Assembly: GCF_009914755.1 (NCBI RefSeq)
Contig: NC_060925.1
From: the human T2T-CHM13v2.0 reference genome, Homo sapiens
Reading direction: 5' to 3' (one strand)
Length of the DNA: 64,000 nucleotides
The notes under the pieces were generated by a model, which saw only the letters and a program-made list of their open reading frames with translations, did no database searches and was not told where the DNA came from. This document shows positions 47,059 to 61,070 of the stretch, in pieces. The position numbers were made by a program, and so were the translations under genes. Within the stretch, counting starts at the first letter, position 1, and the number at the start of each line of letters is the position of its first letter.

Positions 47059-47791
47059 GTACAGTCAGGGTGGGTGCATGCTTGTGAGGGGCCAGGGTGG
47101 CTGATCCCCTGATGCTTGGGGGCAGGGAGGAGGCTGCCCAGGGGTGGCTCCTGGCCTCAGAGGCCCCTCCTGAGCAGCACAGCCTTGGGACACCTGCTCA
47201 CACAGCCAGGACCAACCCATGTTCTCTTAGGCCTGGACTTGAGGCTTGGTTAGTGTCAGAACCATGTCTGATCCCCGTGGATCCGGGAGCCTGTGGGGTC
47301 CCTGGGCCGGCCCTGGGCACAGAGCTCACATCCAGCAGGCTGTGTAGATACCTGGGTCTGGGTAGAACTCCTAGGTGCTGGGCACTGAGAACAGAGGCAG
47401 CACAGCCCCGCTTTGGACCCACGGCTCCTCCTGCAGCCTGATGCGCAGGTCTGGCCTCTGCTGACTCTGTCCCCAATGCCCCTCGTCCACTGTCCACTGG
47501 CGGCCCCTGCTGTGCCCTCTGTCTCTGGACATTCTCAGCCCATTGGTCACGCCTCGGCTTGACGCTCATGAGCCAGAGTGACTCCTCATCCTGGCCAGTT
47601 CCCACTGGCCTCCTGCCCTGCCGGCCACTGAGTCTCATCATCTCCCTGCTGGACATCAGCACTATGCGGGGGAGGCCTTGGCTCTTTGTTCACCATCGGC
47701 TCCCAGGGCCCAACATGGGCCTATGGCATGGGGTGCCTGGTATACATCCGAGGGGCACGCAGCCACCTGAGCAGAGCGTTTGTATCCGCAG

Positions 47792-47914
47792 AAGAGCCTC
47801 TGGCTGCCAAGGAGGCCCTCGGCCACCTGTCCCTCGCTGAGGTGGGCACAGAGGAGTTCCTGCAGAAACTGACCTCCCAGATCACTGAGATGGTATCGGC
47901 CAAGATCACGCAGG
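47792..47914 (+). CDS. OBSCN: OBSCN exon (EEPLAAKEALG...AKITQ)
   Basis: AG/GT, 123 bp. Confidence 0.92.
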
Positions 47915-48031
47915 GTGAGGGGCAGCAGCCCATGTGCCAGGGTCCCTGGGGTGTGTCTGGGGTGTTTGCCCTTCCCCTGAGCCCTGGAGAGCCAGAGGCA
48001 GGCCAGGGTGTCATGATCCTTGCACCCCCAG

Positions 48032-48171
48032 CCAAGCTGCAGGTGCCCGGAGGTGACAGTGATGAGGACTCCAAGACACCATCTGCATCCCCCCGCCATG
48101 GCCGATCACGGCCATCCTCCAGCATCCAGGAGTCTTCCTCAGAGTCAGAGGACGGCGATGCCCGAGGCGAG
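48032..48171 (+). CDS. OBSCN: OBSCN exon (AKLQVPGGDSDED...DARGE)
   Basis: AG/GT, 140 bp, phase 1-0. Confidence 0.93.
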
Positions 48172-48665
48172 GTGGGCGGCTGGAACCCTCTGGGAGCAGG
48201 GCAGGGAGAGGCCCTGACCTTCCTGAAGAGAAGGTGCAGGGTGGAGAGGGACTCAGGAGGCAGGACCCCCATGGGACTCTAGGGAGGTGGGACCGCACCA
48301 AGGTGCATAGGAGGCAGGAACTGGTGAGAACAGGGTCTTCTCCTCACGGGGCCCGGCAGAGACTTGCCTTCTGGGAGAGCCATTTGTTTGATTCATTCAT
48401 TCACTCCTTTGTTCCTTCAATGGAGAATGTGTCTCAGGCCTCAGTGTACCAGGCACCCTGTTAGGGCTTGGGGTGGGTGTGGAGATGGGGAGAAGGTAAA
48501 CAAGTAACTGAGTGTAGGCAGTCCAGGCCTGGAGACCCTGGGGCTGTGGTGACCTCTAAGGTTGGGGGTGGGGCAGGGGAGGTCTCCCACATTCCCGCTG
48601 TTCTGCGTGGAGGGGGAACTGGGCGTGTGCACGCTGACTCTGGGGATCCCTGCCCTGTGGCTTAG

Positions 48666-49160
<495 letters not shown>

Positions 49161-49640
49161 GTGAGTGACTGCCGGGCCGGAGGTGGTGGCACTGGCATCC
49201 CACCAGCTGGACAGTCTCCCAAAGAAGCAGGCCGCTTGCCCTGGCTCTGGGTCCAGGACCTAACCCTGGAGGTCTTGGGGTCATGGCCATGCTGATTCCT
49301 CTGCGGGGGCCTCTGAAACAGCGCTCCTGTGTGAGCCTGTTAGGGACGGGTGGGGGCCGAGGACAGCAGAGCAGGCCCAGAGCTGCCTGGGTTCCCGCAG
49401 CTGCCCTCCCAGCCTCGTGCTGGCAGGACCCATCTGGGTGGCTTCCTGATGTTGGGGCCGGCCTTGTCCAAGAGGGAGCCTCTCTCCACCTGCTCTCCCA
49501 CTTCCTGCGAGCAGGCAACAGGCTGCGCAGCAGGAGGCGCTCCCATCTAGCAGCTGAGGGAGTGGGGGCCTCGTGGCCCACAGTCCCTGCACGGGAAGCA
49601 GGAGCTCCGTGGTCCCTTACGGCAGCCCCCTCCTGCCCAG

Positions 49641-49814
49641 CTCTGTGATCCAGGAGCTGCTGAGTTCTGAGCAGGCCTTCGTGGAGGAGCTGCAGTTCCT
49701 GCAGAGCCACCACCTGCAGCACCTGGAGCGCTGCCCCCACGTGCCCATAGCCGTGGCCGGCCAGAAGGCAGTCATCTTCCGCAATGTGCGGGACATCGGC
49801 CGCTTCCACAGCAG
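49641..49814 (+). CDS. OBSCN: OBSCN DH/RhoGEF exon (SVIQELLSSEQAFV...IGRFHS)
   Basis: AG/GT, 174 bp, DH CR1 motif. Confidence 0.96.
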
Positions 49815-49828
49815 GTGGGTGGGTGGGG

Positions 49829-49830
<2 letters not shown>

Positions 49831-49862
<32 letters not shown>
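49831..49862. repeat. (AC)16 microsatellite
   Basis: Perfect dinucleotide run. Confidence 0.97.
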
Positions 49863-49865
<3 letters not shown>

Positions 49866-50039
49866 CATGCATGGACACACTGTAGGGCCAGGCCTCCTGC
49901 AGGTGGGTTGGAGCCAAGGGGGGAGAGAACCTGTGCTGACTTGATTTATCCCTCAGCACCCCTCCCCTCAGAAACCCAGACATGTGTACCTGGCTTACTC
50001 ATGGGAAGGCCTGCGGTGCACCAACTGCTAACTGGCATG

Positions 50040-50610
50040 TGCGCAGGCCCAAGTGCATGCACACCCTCACACGTGTGCACACATGAACACATACATGTGT
50101 ACAGGTGCAGCCTTTAACAGCATACACCCATGTGCATGGCACATGTGCACATCTGTAAATGCACACACATGCACACAGTACATACACCCACATACACGTG
50201 CACATCACCTATGTGCACACAGTGCATGCCTATAGACGTGCACACGCATATATGCCTGTGTACATGTATAAATGTTATACACATGGACACACATATGTAC
50301 ATGCCCCCACACTATCTCTGCACATCTATGCATATGCACTTCTGCACACATGTGCACACCCAGCATGTACATGCACACCCTTTTATCTGCACACTTTAAT
50401 ACATGCACGCATGCGTATAGCATACAACACCTCCTTCCTCCACCACCTGCCTGTGTATGCAACCACATGTGTGCTCATACACATTTACATGCCTCCACAA
50501 ATGTGCACGCCCACATACATGTACATATGTAATATTCATGTGAGCTTTCATACACGGCACACAAGCACTTATTTGCATGCCCACACATGTCTGCACGCAC
50601 ACTCTCACAG
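50040..50610. repeat. CA/TG-rich low-complexity tract
   Basis: Degenerate cacatg repeats. Confidence 0.85.
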
Positions 50611-50730
50611 ACCCCAGGAGCCACAGGGCCCCAGCCCTTGTGCAGGGGCCAGCTTCCTCCCAGAGGTGAGGGCTCAGGGCCAGGCTATGGGGCGCAGGCT
50701 GAGTCCTGATGCCATCCCCCTTCACAGCAG

Positions 50731-50887
50731 CTTCCTGCAGGAGTTGCAGCAGTGCGACACGGACGACGACGTGGCCATGTGCTTCATCAAGAACCAGGCG
50801 GCCTTTGAGCAGTACCTGGAGTTCCTGGTGGGGCGTGTGCAGGCTGAGTCGGTGGTCGTCAGCACGGCCATCCAGGAGTTCTACAAG
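50731..50887 (+). CDS. OBSCN: OBSCN DH exon (FLQELQQCDT...IQEFYK)
   Basis: cagcag acceptor (alternative start 50728), GT donor. Confidence 0.93.
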
Positions 50888-51291
50888 GTGCCCATGCCTG
50901 AACTCATGGGCTCCTGAACCTCAGTGCCTGCCCTTGGCTCCCTTTGAAGGCTCACTGAGCCCAGGCGTCCTCCAAGGTTCATCCTGTTCTGCCCACATCA
51001 GAGCCTGCGCTCATCTTCCCCGACCTCGCCACTGCCCACAGCCTCCCTGCACCCGCCTTGGGCCTCAGTTCAGAAATGCGGGTGGAGCTGCTTTTGCAGC
51101 CCTGTGCTTCTGGGAAGGCCACTTCAGCAGCCCAAGTCCTGTGCTTGTCACCTGTCAGGAGGTGATGACAGCTGTCACCTGGGGTGTAGGCTGTGTGTGC
51201 ACCCTGGGGACCCACCCTCCAGCTCTCAGGGACACAGCCATCAGTGGGCCTTGCACTCCTGCCCTAAAACCCACCCTCCTGGTTCCCACAG

Positions 51292-51408
51292 AAATACGCG
51301 GAGGAGGCCCTGTTGGCAGGGGACCCCTCTCAGCCCCCGCCACCACCTCTGCAGCACTACCTGGAGCAGCCAGTGGAGCGGGTGCAGCGCTACCAGGCCT
51401 TGCTGAAG
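51292..51408 (+). CDS. OBSCN: OBSCN DH exon (KYAEEALL...QPVERVQRYQALLK)
   Basis: AG/GT, 117 bp, DH CR3 motif. Confidence 0.95.
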
Positions 51409-51509
51409 GTGGGCACCACCTCCCCTGCCCCGCCTCCTCTGCCCAGGCTGGGTCTCTTGGGTTCCAGCCTGTGGAGCATTCTAAGCCCTGACCTTCGCCC
51501 CGGCCCCAG

Positions 51510-51674
51510 GAGCTGATCCGCAACAAGGCGCGGAACAGACAGAACTGCGCGCTGCTGGAGCAGGCCTATGCCGTGGTGTCTGCCCTGCCACAGCGCGCTG
51601 AGAACAAGCTGCACGTGTCCCTCATGGAGAACTACCCAGGCACCCTGGAGGCCCTGGGCGAGCCCATCCGCCAG
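51510..51674 (+). CDS. OBSCN: OBSCN DH-to-PH exon (ELIRNKAR...GEPIRQ)
   Basis: AG/GT, 165 bp. Confidence 0.95.
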
Positions 51675-51880
51675 GTTGGGGAGGGCCAGGGGCCGGGGCC
51701 GGGAGATGCATGTGATGTGGGTGGGTATTGGGGTGCTGGGGGCTTGTATCTGGGGCTGCCAGGAGGTGGCGGTGTGTGCATGAGTTGGGCAGAGCACTGG
51801 GTACCTGGGTGGCTGTGGGGCCTGCACCGCTGGGCAATCTGGCCCACCACAGGCTGACCGCAGCCCACACCCTCCCCCAG

Positions 51881-52039
51881 GGCCACTTCATCGTGTGGGA
51901 GGGTGCACCGGGGGCCCGCATGCCCTGGAAGGGCCACAACCGTCACGTGTTCCTCTTCCGCAACCACCTGGTAATCTGCAAGCCCCGGCGAGACTCCCGC
52001 ACCGATACCGTCAGCTACGTGTTCCGGAACATGATGAAG
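51881..52039 (+). CDS. OBSCN: OBSCN PH exon (GHFIVWEG...RHVFLFRNHLVICK...)
   Basis: AG/GT, 159 bp. Confidence 0.96.
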
Positions 52040-52222
52040 GTCTGCAGGCTCTGGGCTGCTGGGCGGGGCTCCCTGTCCCTCAGCGCCGGGGTGGATGCCA
52101 GTGGCCACACCTGCAGCCGCTGGTCCAGGGTGGCCTGAATGTTTCCTCGTCGGGTCCCACATCTGTTGAGGATGGTCAGCCCGTGTCCCCCTCCCTGTGC
52201 TGACACCCTCCCCAACCCACAG

Positions 52223-52400
52223 CTGAGCAGCATCGACCTGAACGACCAGGTGGAGGGGGATGACCGCGCCTTCGAGGTGTGGCAGGAGCGGGAGGACTCG
52301 GTGCGCAAGTACCTGCTGCAGGCACGGACAGCCATTATCAAGAGCTCGTGGGTGAAGGAGATCTGTGGCATCCAGCAGCGTCTGGCCCTGCCTGTGTGGC
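52223..52400 (+). CDS. OBSCN: OBSCN PH exon (LSSIDLND...SWVKEI...LPVW)
   Basis: AG/GT, 178 bp, PH C-terminal helix Trp. Confidence 0.96.
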
Positions 52401-52930
52401 GTGAGTGTCCACCTTCCCGGGGGCCCAGGTGGCTGAGCCAGGATGGGGCACCCGGCTGCAGCCGCACAGGTCCCTGCCTGGGTGGGTGTGAGGGGTGGGC
52501 TCGTTCCTGGGACAGACGGCTCAGCCAGCCTGTGGCATGGGACGGCTACAGCCTCATGGGGAGCCCCTGGGCTGGGTGTTGGGTTGGCCCTGATCCAAGG
52601 TCGGGGATACCATGGGGTCCCCAAGCTCAAGGCACCCATCCGGATCATGTCAGGGGCTGTGAAGGGTCTGGCAGCCCGGGGTCTGCTTCCTCAACCAGAA
52701 CAGAATCTTCCCCCGAGCCCCCACTGCTCTCCATTTAACATGCACCTGCCTCACTCACCTGACTCCAGGTGGGGACCTTGGATGAGGGGTGACAAGGGAC
52801 AGTCCCCATAGGGGCCACACCATCAGATGTGGGGCTCATGGTGCAGGGCAGGTGACCTGCCAGGTGCACCTGGGGGTGCCGCAGCCCGATGTCCCCCCAC
52901 AGAGCACTCAGGGCTGTTGTGTGTCCTCAG

Positions 52931-53044
52931 GGCCCCCGGACTTTGAAGAGGAGCTGGCCGACTGCACAGCCGAGCTGGGTGAGACAGTCAAGCTGGCCTG
53001 CCGCGTGACGGGCACACCCAAGCCTGTCATCAGCTGGTACAAAG
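52931..53044 (+). CDS. OBSCN: OBSCN Ig exon, N-terminal half (RPPDFEEEL...ISWYK)
   Basis: AG/GT, 114 bp. Confidence 0.95.
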
Positions 53045-54519
53045 GTAAACCCCGGGGCCAGGGGCTGTGGCCTTCCTGTCCAGGATGCAGGCCCTGCAAC
53101 AGAAAAGAGCTGCCCGAGAGAAACAGGCTGTGAGGGCTGGGGACCCAATATGGGATTTGGCTGGGAGTCTGGGGCATGGACAGGCCTTATATGTTCACTT
53201 GCCACCCGCCTTCCGAATCAAAGACAGCATGGTTGGGGACACGGAGATGCCGAGGCTTGGAGAGGAGGGAGTTCAGTGGGGGCACTCGGCTCTGCAAAGC
53301 TGCTAGTCCCATAGTCAGGGCTGATTGTGGCCAAAGGGCCCAGGTTAAATTAGCTGCCGGGAGAGCCACCTAGGGAAAGGTCCAGGCGGCACTATGCATG
53401 AACTTCCAGTTGTCCCCTCCTGGGGGGAATCATTTCTGCCAGTGACAGCACGTGACGACATGCACGGGATGGTGCCAACCAGGTGCTTCCCTGGCCATGG
53501 TGTCCAGGGTTTTGCAGGCTCAGCTGTGGAATCCTGGCTCACTGCTCTGTGGTGGGCCTTGGGCTCCAGCCCTTCTGGAGGCCAAGTTGATGCTGCGTGG
53601 CCCAGGGACCCCTAGGAATCTCAGAAATCTCACGGTCAGCATAGATGATCCCATGTGGCCCAGGGCTCCCAAGGAGAACAGATGCTTTTACCAGACAGGA
53701 TATCCTAAGAGCCTGAGATCACCTCCCAGGAGCTGGGGGCCTCTCCCTGGGGAGCATCAATCCTCCCTTGTGCTGGAGCCATGTTGGGTTTCAGCAGCAG
53801 AGGGACACAGTTTGGCTCTGTCATCTGTCACCTTGTCTGTAATGCCAGGAACCTGCTGAGGAGGGCCAAGAGGGGACCTGGGACACCAGCCTGGGAGCCA
53901 CCGTGCTGGAGCTGGGGACCCAGGCTCAGGGGTGGCTGTGGATTCCAGGGCCGTGTTGAAGGCTGAACTGGCCCGATTTGCTGATGGGGTGGCTGGCTGT
54001 GTGGAAAGAGCTTGGCATCCAGATGCTCACACAGTTGGGGCTGGACATCCACCAGGGTGGTTCCTTTTACAAAGGTGGAAGGCTGGGGAGAGGCGGGGTG
54101 ATGTGCAGACAGGGCTGGGTGGGAGGAGGAAGCACCAGGCCTGGGAGGACCCTGCAGAATCGAGGTGCCTGCAGGGATGCAGGCAGAGGCGCTGAGGGGC
54201 GGTTGGAGAAATACAAGTAGGGCTCAGGAGAGGGATGTGGCCGGAAACGATGAATGGAACGTCGTCAGCTCACGGAGCGTCTGACCTGCCAGTCGATGCA
54301 GACGCAGAGTGCGTGTGGAGGGGTGAGGCCCAAGCACCCAGGCTTGAGAGCCCCCACTTCCAGAGTCTGCAGAGATGAGGGGACACGAACCCAGGGGAAG
54401 GAGCGGCCAGGGAGGTGGGGGCCCAGGAAGCCAGCCAGGGAGAAGCCAACGGGGAGTGGGCAGGGGGCGTCCAGGGCTGCCAGGGTCCCCAGAACTGTGG
54501 AATCTCCCATTCTACCCCT

Positions 54520-55355
54520 CACACATGTGCAAGTCAGCCTGTCACGGTTTACACACATACACATTACACACACTTGTACGCACACGTACATAGCGACACA
54601 TAGATACATGCTACACACTCATGCATATGTACATACACACCATATATATGCATTACACGTGCATGTACATTAACACTATATGTGTAATATACATAGATGC
54701 ACGTCACACATACAGATACTACACATACATGCATAGTATACAATACATATACACAAATACATACCACACACATGAATATGTACATAGATACACATTATAC
54801 AGGTACACATATATGCACACATAGCACATGCACATGGATCATGCACAAGTGCACACTACATGCACCTATACAGCTACATAGATATATACACAGATACATG
54901 CAAACATGCACTATACACATACAGAGATGTATGCACATTACACACACAAGTACATACTTTACATATGCACACACACTTTATACACAGCTACACATGTGCA
55001 TATATGCACACACTGTACACATATAAATATACATATTAGAGACCACACATATGTGCACACATAGATAATACTGCACACATATACATATGTACATAGCCAC
55101 ATACCATACACAATACACATGCACAGATACATGCAACACACATACATGCTACACGCAGACACCACACATGTATATTCATAAATACTACACATTCATGTGC
55201 ATGCATACATACACAGTACACATATATACACATAGACCCACCATATACATAGGTACACACAGGCATATGTACTACACACATATCTGCATGTAAACATGCA
55301 CAAATGGTACATATACACATATATACATGTATAGTTACTTGCACACACACACAAG
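54520..55355. repeat. (CATA/CA)n low-complexity tract
   Basis: About 830 bp of degenerate repeat. Confidence 0.9.
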
Positions 55356-56869
55356 ACACAAGACCTGTTGGTCCAAGACAGAAATGGTTCATCACTCAAC
55401 ATGAGGCAGCAGCCAGGACAGGCTCTTGCCGCAGCTCTCAGGGGTGGTGTGGGAGAAACCTGCACATGCATGCGCTGCACCATGGATTTCAGGGGCTGCA
55501 TCTCACCACCTCGGGTGTCTCCAGGGAGGGAGGCATCTCTGCTCCACTGTCCTGGAATGTCTCCTTGTGTGAGCGCTGCTGTCTGGAGCATCTGGGCTGG
55601 CCAACTGTGGGCCATTGTGCCCCAAGAGACCCAGCTCCACCCTACTTCCACAGGCTCCAGCCCCTGGGGGATTTTCCCACACTTGTGCCCAGCCCTCAGC
55701 CATCCTGGCTAATCTGACTGATGCTGGCTGGTATGCCGTCCTTCCGGTGTGACTCAGGCTGCATTTACTCAAGCCTCTCAGCAGGGGAGATGCCAGCCTG
55801 TGGGACTGCCCTGGACCACCCCAAGGCACCAGCCAACATGTGTGTGGCTCCCACACAGGAAGTCTTGAGAACACAGTTATTGTTTACAATTTGGGGGCTC
55901 CTACGAAGGCACACATCAGTACTGATTGATGGTACCTCCCAGATGACCCCCCAGGGGGTCACCTGGGCTGTCAGGTGAACCTCATCTGGCCTGGCTGACC
56001 GGCCTCCAAGCCCCCAGTTCAGTCCTTATAACCGAGTGCTGTCCTGGTGTTGCAGGCACCATCTGGGCACTCAGCCCTTCCTGTTCTCCCTGTCCATAGC
56101 AGCCGGGCCCGCGGGTCTGCCCATGACTGAGGACGGGGCTGGAGAGGAAGGACTCCAGGGAGTTTTGCCGGGGTGTGTGGGAGGGGCCATCCCAGTGTCC
56201 ACTGGTCGGAGCTGATGAACGCAATGGCTTGGAGGGCTGCCCTGGGATACTTCTGGAGGAAGGCTTGGGTGGGTCATTAACGCCTGCTCCCTGGGGTCTT
56301 AGGAGCTCCCCTCCTGCCACCTGTCCAGACCTCTCCTCCGGGAGGTTAGGTTCAAGAGGAACAAAAGCTTTTTTATCAAAGCCTGCCAGAAGCCAGTTGA
56401 ATGCCCTGAGCCCCGCTCCCTTTGGACCAGGCTGCCACCAAGGGGTGGTCATGGCAGAGCCTGGGTTTCCCTGTGGATGGAGGCCCTCCCCTGTCCCTTG
56501 CTTCCTAACCACCAGCCCAGTAGGCAGCTTGCAGGAGATAGCTCCTCTCTGGGGACAGCTGCACTTGGTGACCGGACTGCCTTCCAAAGGTCCGCAGGCC
56601 AGTAGGAGGTGGGCGCAGTCAGACCGCCATCCCCTTGCTGAGTGGCTCTTGTGGTAGATGTCATAGGACATCAAACTGCAGGGGGTGTGTGTGGCACACG
56701 TGGCTCATGTTAGCCACACGCTTTCATGGTGTGGCTGGAGACCCAAAGCAGCCTCACAGCAGGTGGCCTCCACAGAGACCCTGGAGAGGGACAGCTGGCC
56801 TAAGGGCCATGGAGAACATTCCCCTCGGCCCTCTGCAGGTTCACTAAACAATCACTTGCAAAAGGCAGA

Positions 56870-57445
56870 CAGATAGGAGGAAAGGCAGACACACTTATTG
56901 AATGTGTAGACACTGGATCCTTCAGAATGAAGACCCAAAGACCCAGAAGAAGCTGTCCATTTTAATGCTTAGGTTCCATAAAGTATGGACAACTGTGTGG
57001 AAATAGGATTGGGCAAATAGGGTTGGATCTAGTGAGAACAGACTGAGTGGGGACACCCCGCTAGGCCTGTCTGTCTGGATTCTTCTTGGCCTTCTGAGCA
57101 GTGCCCTTTTCTTCTGGGTGAGAAGCAGGACCCTTGCTGGAATGGGGGTCTTGGATCCACAGCCAAACAAAGTAGGTGAGATCATTTCTTCATGGCCAGG
57201 TTTTACACAGAACGATGGAGAGAAAATTGGAGTCCTATTTTTAGGCTTTCTGGCTGGCTTTAGAGAAAAAGGTGTCCTGGTTTCTATGACCCACCTTGGG
57301 GAAGAGGGATTCTGTTTCTATGTCAGCCTGGGAGGAGAATGAGGGGCTAGAGACAGGAGGGGAGGAGAAGGTCAGAGATAAAATTTTGCTTCTGAGGCTG
57401 CTTGGGAAGCCCTCATTTTGGGGTCTTGTTTTCTGAGCCCCAACA
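56870..57445 (-). mobile_element. ERV1-class solo LTR (MER31/MER67-like)
   Basis: Ends ttttctgagccccaaca (tgttggggctcagaaaa on the minus strand). Confidence 0.6.
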
Positions 57446-58547
57446 CTGGGTTCATAGGAGCGGTATGCCAGGATGGAGAGTGGGTTCACCATGTGTACTG
57501 TGTCTTCCTTTCCTGTAGGCTTGAGAATGTCTCTCCAGGATGTCCCCAGTCTGACATGTGATATAGATTTCTGCATCTGTGCCCTGCCTGTGGTGGGGCT
57601 CAGCGATGTGGTGTCCTGGGGGCTCTGCACAGGAGCCTTGGCGGTCTGGCCGGGGTGTCCCCATCAGCAGCCTTGATTCACTTCATTGTTCATTGCCCCA
57701 GGAAGAGGTGTCTTTAACTTGCCAGCCTATTTAAAATTATCTCTGATCCTGGCATGGTGTCGCATGACTGTGATCCTGGCTGCTTGGCAGGCCGTAGCGG
57801 GAGGAGTCCATGCACTCCCTGCCGTGTCCCCTCTGCCTTCCCTTGGGGGAGTTTGTTGTCTCGGGGAAATTGCTTGAGCCAGGAAAGGATCTGTGGTATA
57901 GAGGGGATGGAAGGGGTCAGAGGACAATGACGGAACAAGGCACCCCTCTGTGGCTCAGCCAACCATGGAGGTAGGACCCCGTCTCTACCGCAAACACAGA
58001 GATCCTCTACTGTCACCCCCAGAAGAATGGAAGGCCAGCATGGTGGATGCAGGAGGCTGCTCCACAAGACGCCCAAGCTGTGGCCGTTCTTCCTTAGTGC
58101 AGGCTCGGTGCCCATCCTCTCCCCTCCAAACCAGCCAGACCTAGATGGGCTGAGCCCTCTCCTGCCTCTGCCCATCGTGGCTGCTGGTGGCCCTCCCCAA
58201 GCACTCAGTTCAGGCACGAGTGTCCGTGGCTGTGGTCTGAACAGGGTTAGAATCTTCCTCAGATCCAGCGCTGGCTCTGGCATTTATTGTGAAATGGCTG
58301 AACTGAGGCTGAACCAGCAAAGTCCCTGGCAGGGATTGGAGAAAGAGTGCCAACCAAGGCACTGCCCAGGTGTCTGTGTTTGAACCCACTTCTCAGTGCT
58401 CAGCATGCAACTACCTGCCTAGTTTCTCTCCTTAGCAGGGCAACAAAGTAGAGAAAGAGATCCACAGGGCCGCTTCTTCTTTCCCTTCCAGAAGGCCATG
58501 CCTCTGACAGTGTCACTTCCCTGTCCCCAAAATTGTAAACCAAAAAC

Positions 58548-59064
58548 TGTGAAGGGCCCAAAATTTTACCCCACTTGCAATCTTGCAAGCCAGCCTGCCA
58601 GCCAGATATAGACAAAAGACACAAGACTCATGGGTCAGAGACAAAGACTTTTTACCAGCAGTGCCTCAGTGTCTCTCATCATTGCCCCCACCCGTTTCTG
58701 TGAGGAGGTGATGGAGCTAGGTGTTAGTTGCATGCAGGGGTTGTCCCATGAGAGAGAAACCGTGAATCTTAGGAGACATGGAGCTCTTTTTATGCGGCTG
58801 CTGGTATATCTGCCCATGCTTCACTCCAGAGATAGGGGGTGACTTCCTACCCTGGGATGCAGAAATGTCTCCCAGGAAAGGAATGGAAGGGTTTTGTCTC
58901 TGTTGTCCTGGAACACAGCCAGGCAGATGGGCATCTTCTGCTTCACTCTCCTTACTTTCTACTCTACTCTCTTCTTCTTCTTCTATTCTAAACCTGGCTG
59001 TGAGTGCCTTTGCTCAGAGGGCTGAAATGTGGAATCTGAATTCCAGGGAGAATTGTTTTCCCAC
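58548..59064. mobile_element. Old LTR, family uncertain
   Basis: tgtgaagggccc...ttttcccaca termini; gggtcagagacaaagactttt motif. Confidence 0.4.
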
Positions 59065-59278
59065 AGCAAGATGAGGACAGAGCTGCTGGTAGCGTGGCGG
59101 CCCTGACAGGAGCTTTGGGGGAGAGAACTGGGGCCCAGGGGATGGGCTTAGTGGGGATGGGAAGAGACGCCTTGGAGGGTGTGAGCACAGCTCCTTTCTG
59201 GAGTTGCCATAAAGGGGTGTGGAGATCTGAGGTGGTAACCAGAAGGTTTTTGAAAAAAATTATTTAAAATTATTTCTG

Positions 59279-59592
59279 AGCTGGGTGGGGTGGCTCACAC
59301 CTATAGTCCCAGCTACTCAGGAGGCCAAGGTGGGAGGATCACTTGAGCCCAGAAGTTTGAGACCAGCATGGGCAACAGAGTGAGGCCCTGTCTCTACGGA
59401 AAGTTAAAAAATTAGCCAGGCATGGTGGTGCACCTGAGGCGGGAGGATCACTTTTGCCCATAAGGTCGAGGCAGCAGTGAGCTGTGATGGCCCCACTGCA
59501 CTCCAGCCTGGGCAACAGAGCAAGACTCCGTCTCCACAAATATATATGTGTATATGTGTGTGTGTGTATGTGTGTGTATAATGTATATATAT
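59279..59592 (+). mobile_element. Alu (AluJ-like, internal deletion) with TA/TG microsatellite tail
   Basis: Alu body followed by tatgtgtgtg run. Confidence 0.88.
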
Positions 59593-60217
59593 CTTATAGT
59601 TCTATACAAATCATAAGTCGGTGCTGGTTGTGACCTTTGTGATTTAAGCAATCTGTGGGGCACACCCGGCACTATTGGAATGTGAATCGATGCCGTTTTA
59701 TGTATTTAGACATTATGTGGGAAGGAGTTCTCCACAGTGAGAGGCCGTGCCTTCCCATCCCTCACCCGGGAAGGAAGCATTCCTTGGCCAGAGGTGTAGT
59801 CGGTTGTGTGTTCATACCAGGGTGATTTACTTCACATTCTTCAGTCTTCAGATTTTCGTATTAGAAAGCCGTGCGTTTGGAGGCACGAGGATGTGGCCTG
59901 GGAGAGGAGAGTGGAGTTGAGGGTGAGACTTTGGGCTGCTGTGTCCTCTGCAGGGGCAGGTTTAGGGAGAGGAGGCATGGAGGGCTGTGGGCAGTGATTT
60001 TGAGAAGGGGCTGCAGGCCCTAGGCTGGGCAGGCAGGGGTGAAGAGGGGATCAAGGTGCTGTGAGCTGGGGTGCAGTCAGTGCATTAGAGGTCCTCAGAG
60101 TATCACAGGACTGCTGAGAGCTGGGGTGACCAAGGACTCAGCTGCCCATAGAGGATGTTCTCTGTGGGGCTCAGGTCCCTTGGCCTGCCCCCTGCCTCTA
60201 GCTAGTGTCCAAAGTGG

Positions 60218-60484
60218 ACAGAGAAAGAGACAGACAGTGAGAGACAGAGAGACAGAGACAGACACAGAGACAGAAAGGTGCAAAAGGCACAGACAGAAAA
60301 ACAGACAAAGACAGAGACATGGAGTCAGAGACAGAGATACAAAGGCAGAGACAACAAGGAGACAGAAAGAGAGATAGAGACAGAAAACAGAAACAGACAC
60401 AGAGATAGAGACAAAGAAAGAAACTGAGTCTAAGACAGAGGGACAAAGAAAGATGGAGATAGAGAGGCAGAGACACAGAGAGAA
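60218..60484. repeat. (GACAGA)n purine-rich tract
   Basis: gagacagagacag repeats. Confidence 0.93.
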
Positions 60485-60701
60485 GGTGAGCTCGTGTCAG
60501 CCTCTCCCTCCAGGGTTGCAGGTCAGCCTGGAAGCTGGACCTGGCAGGGAGCCTGTGCCTGGCCCTTGTGCTACAAGCGTGGCCCCTCCATCCCCTCCCC
60601 GACCATAACTGCAGCCCCCAGGCCAGGCCCAGCTTCTCCCCGCTGATGAGGTGAGCCCTTGGGTCCCCACCTGGGTGACGGCCCCCGCTCGTCCTTTCCA
60701 G

Positions 60702-60869
60702 ATGGGAAAGCAGTGCAGGTGGACCCCCACCACATCCTCATTGAAGACCCTGATGGCTCGTGTGCACTCATCCTGGACAGCCTGACCGGTGTGGACTCTG
60801 GCCAGTACATGTGCTTCGCGGCCAGCGCCGCTGGCAACTGCAGTACCCTGGGCAAGATCCTGGTGCAAG
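60702..60869 (+). CDS. OBSCN: OBSCN Ig exon, C-terminal half ([11 protein letters not shown]...ILVQ)
   Basis: AG/GT, 168 bp, phase 1-1, DSGQYMC. Confidence 0.95.
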
Positions 60870-61070
60870 GTTAGCCTGAAGGCCTTCCTGGGGGAGGAGC
60901 CGCCCTGAGCCTCCCACCATGGCAGGCCCAGCTGCGGCGGGGTGGTGGGACAGTGGGGTGGACACATCTGACCATGTTCTGAGGGGATCATTGGGGGATC
61001 ATAGAGGGCACTGGGAGGGGTGGGGATCCTGCAGCCCCTTCCCTGGCATCACCCTCAGCTCCATCATGGC

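Noticed and set aside
51632-52648. 338-aa minus-strand ORF
   Set aside because: GC-rich antisense of the PH exons; no domain features
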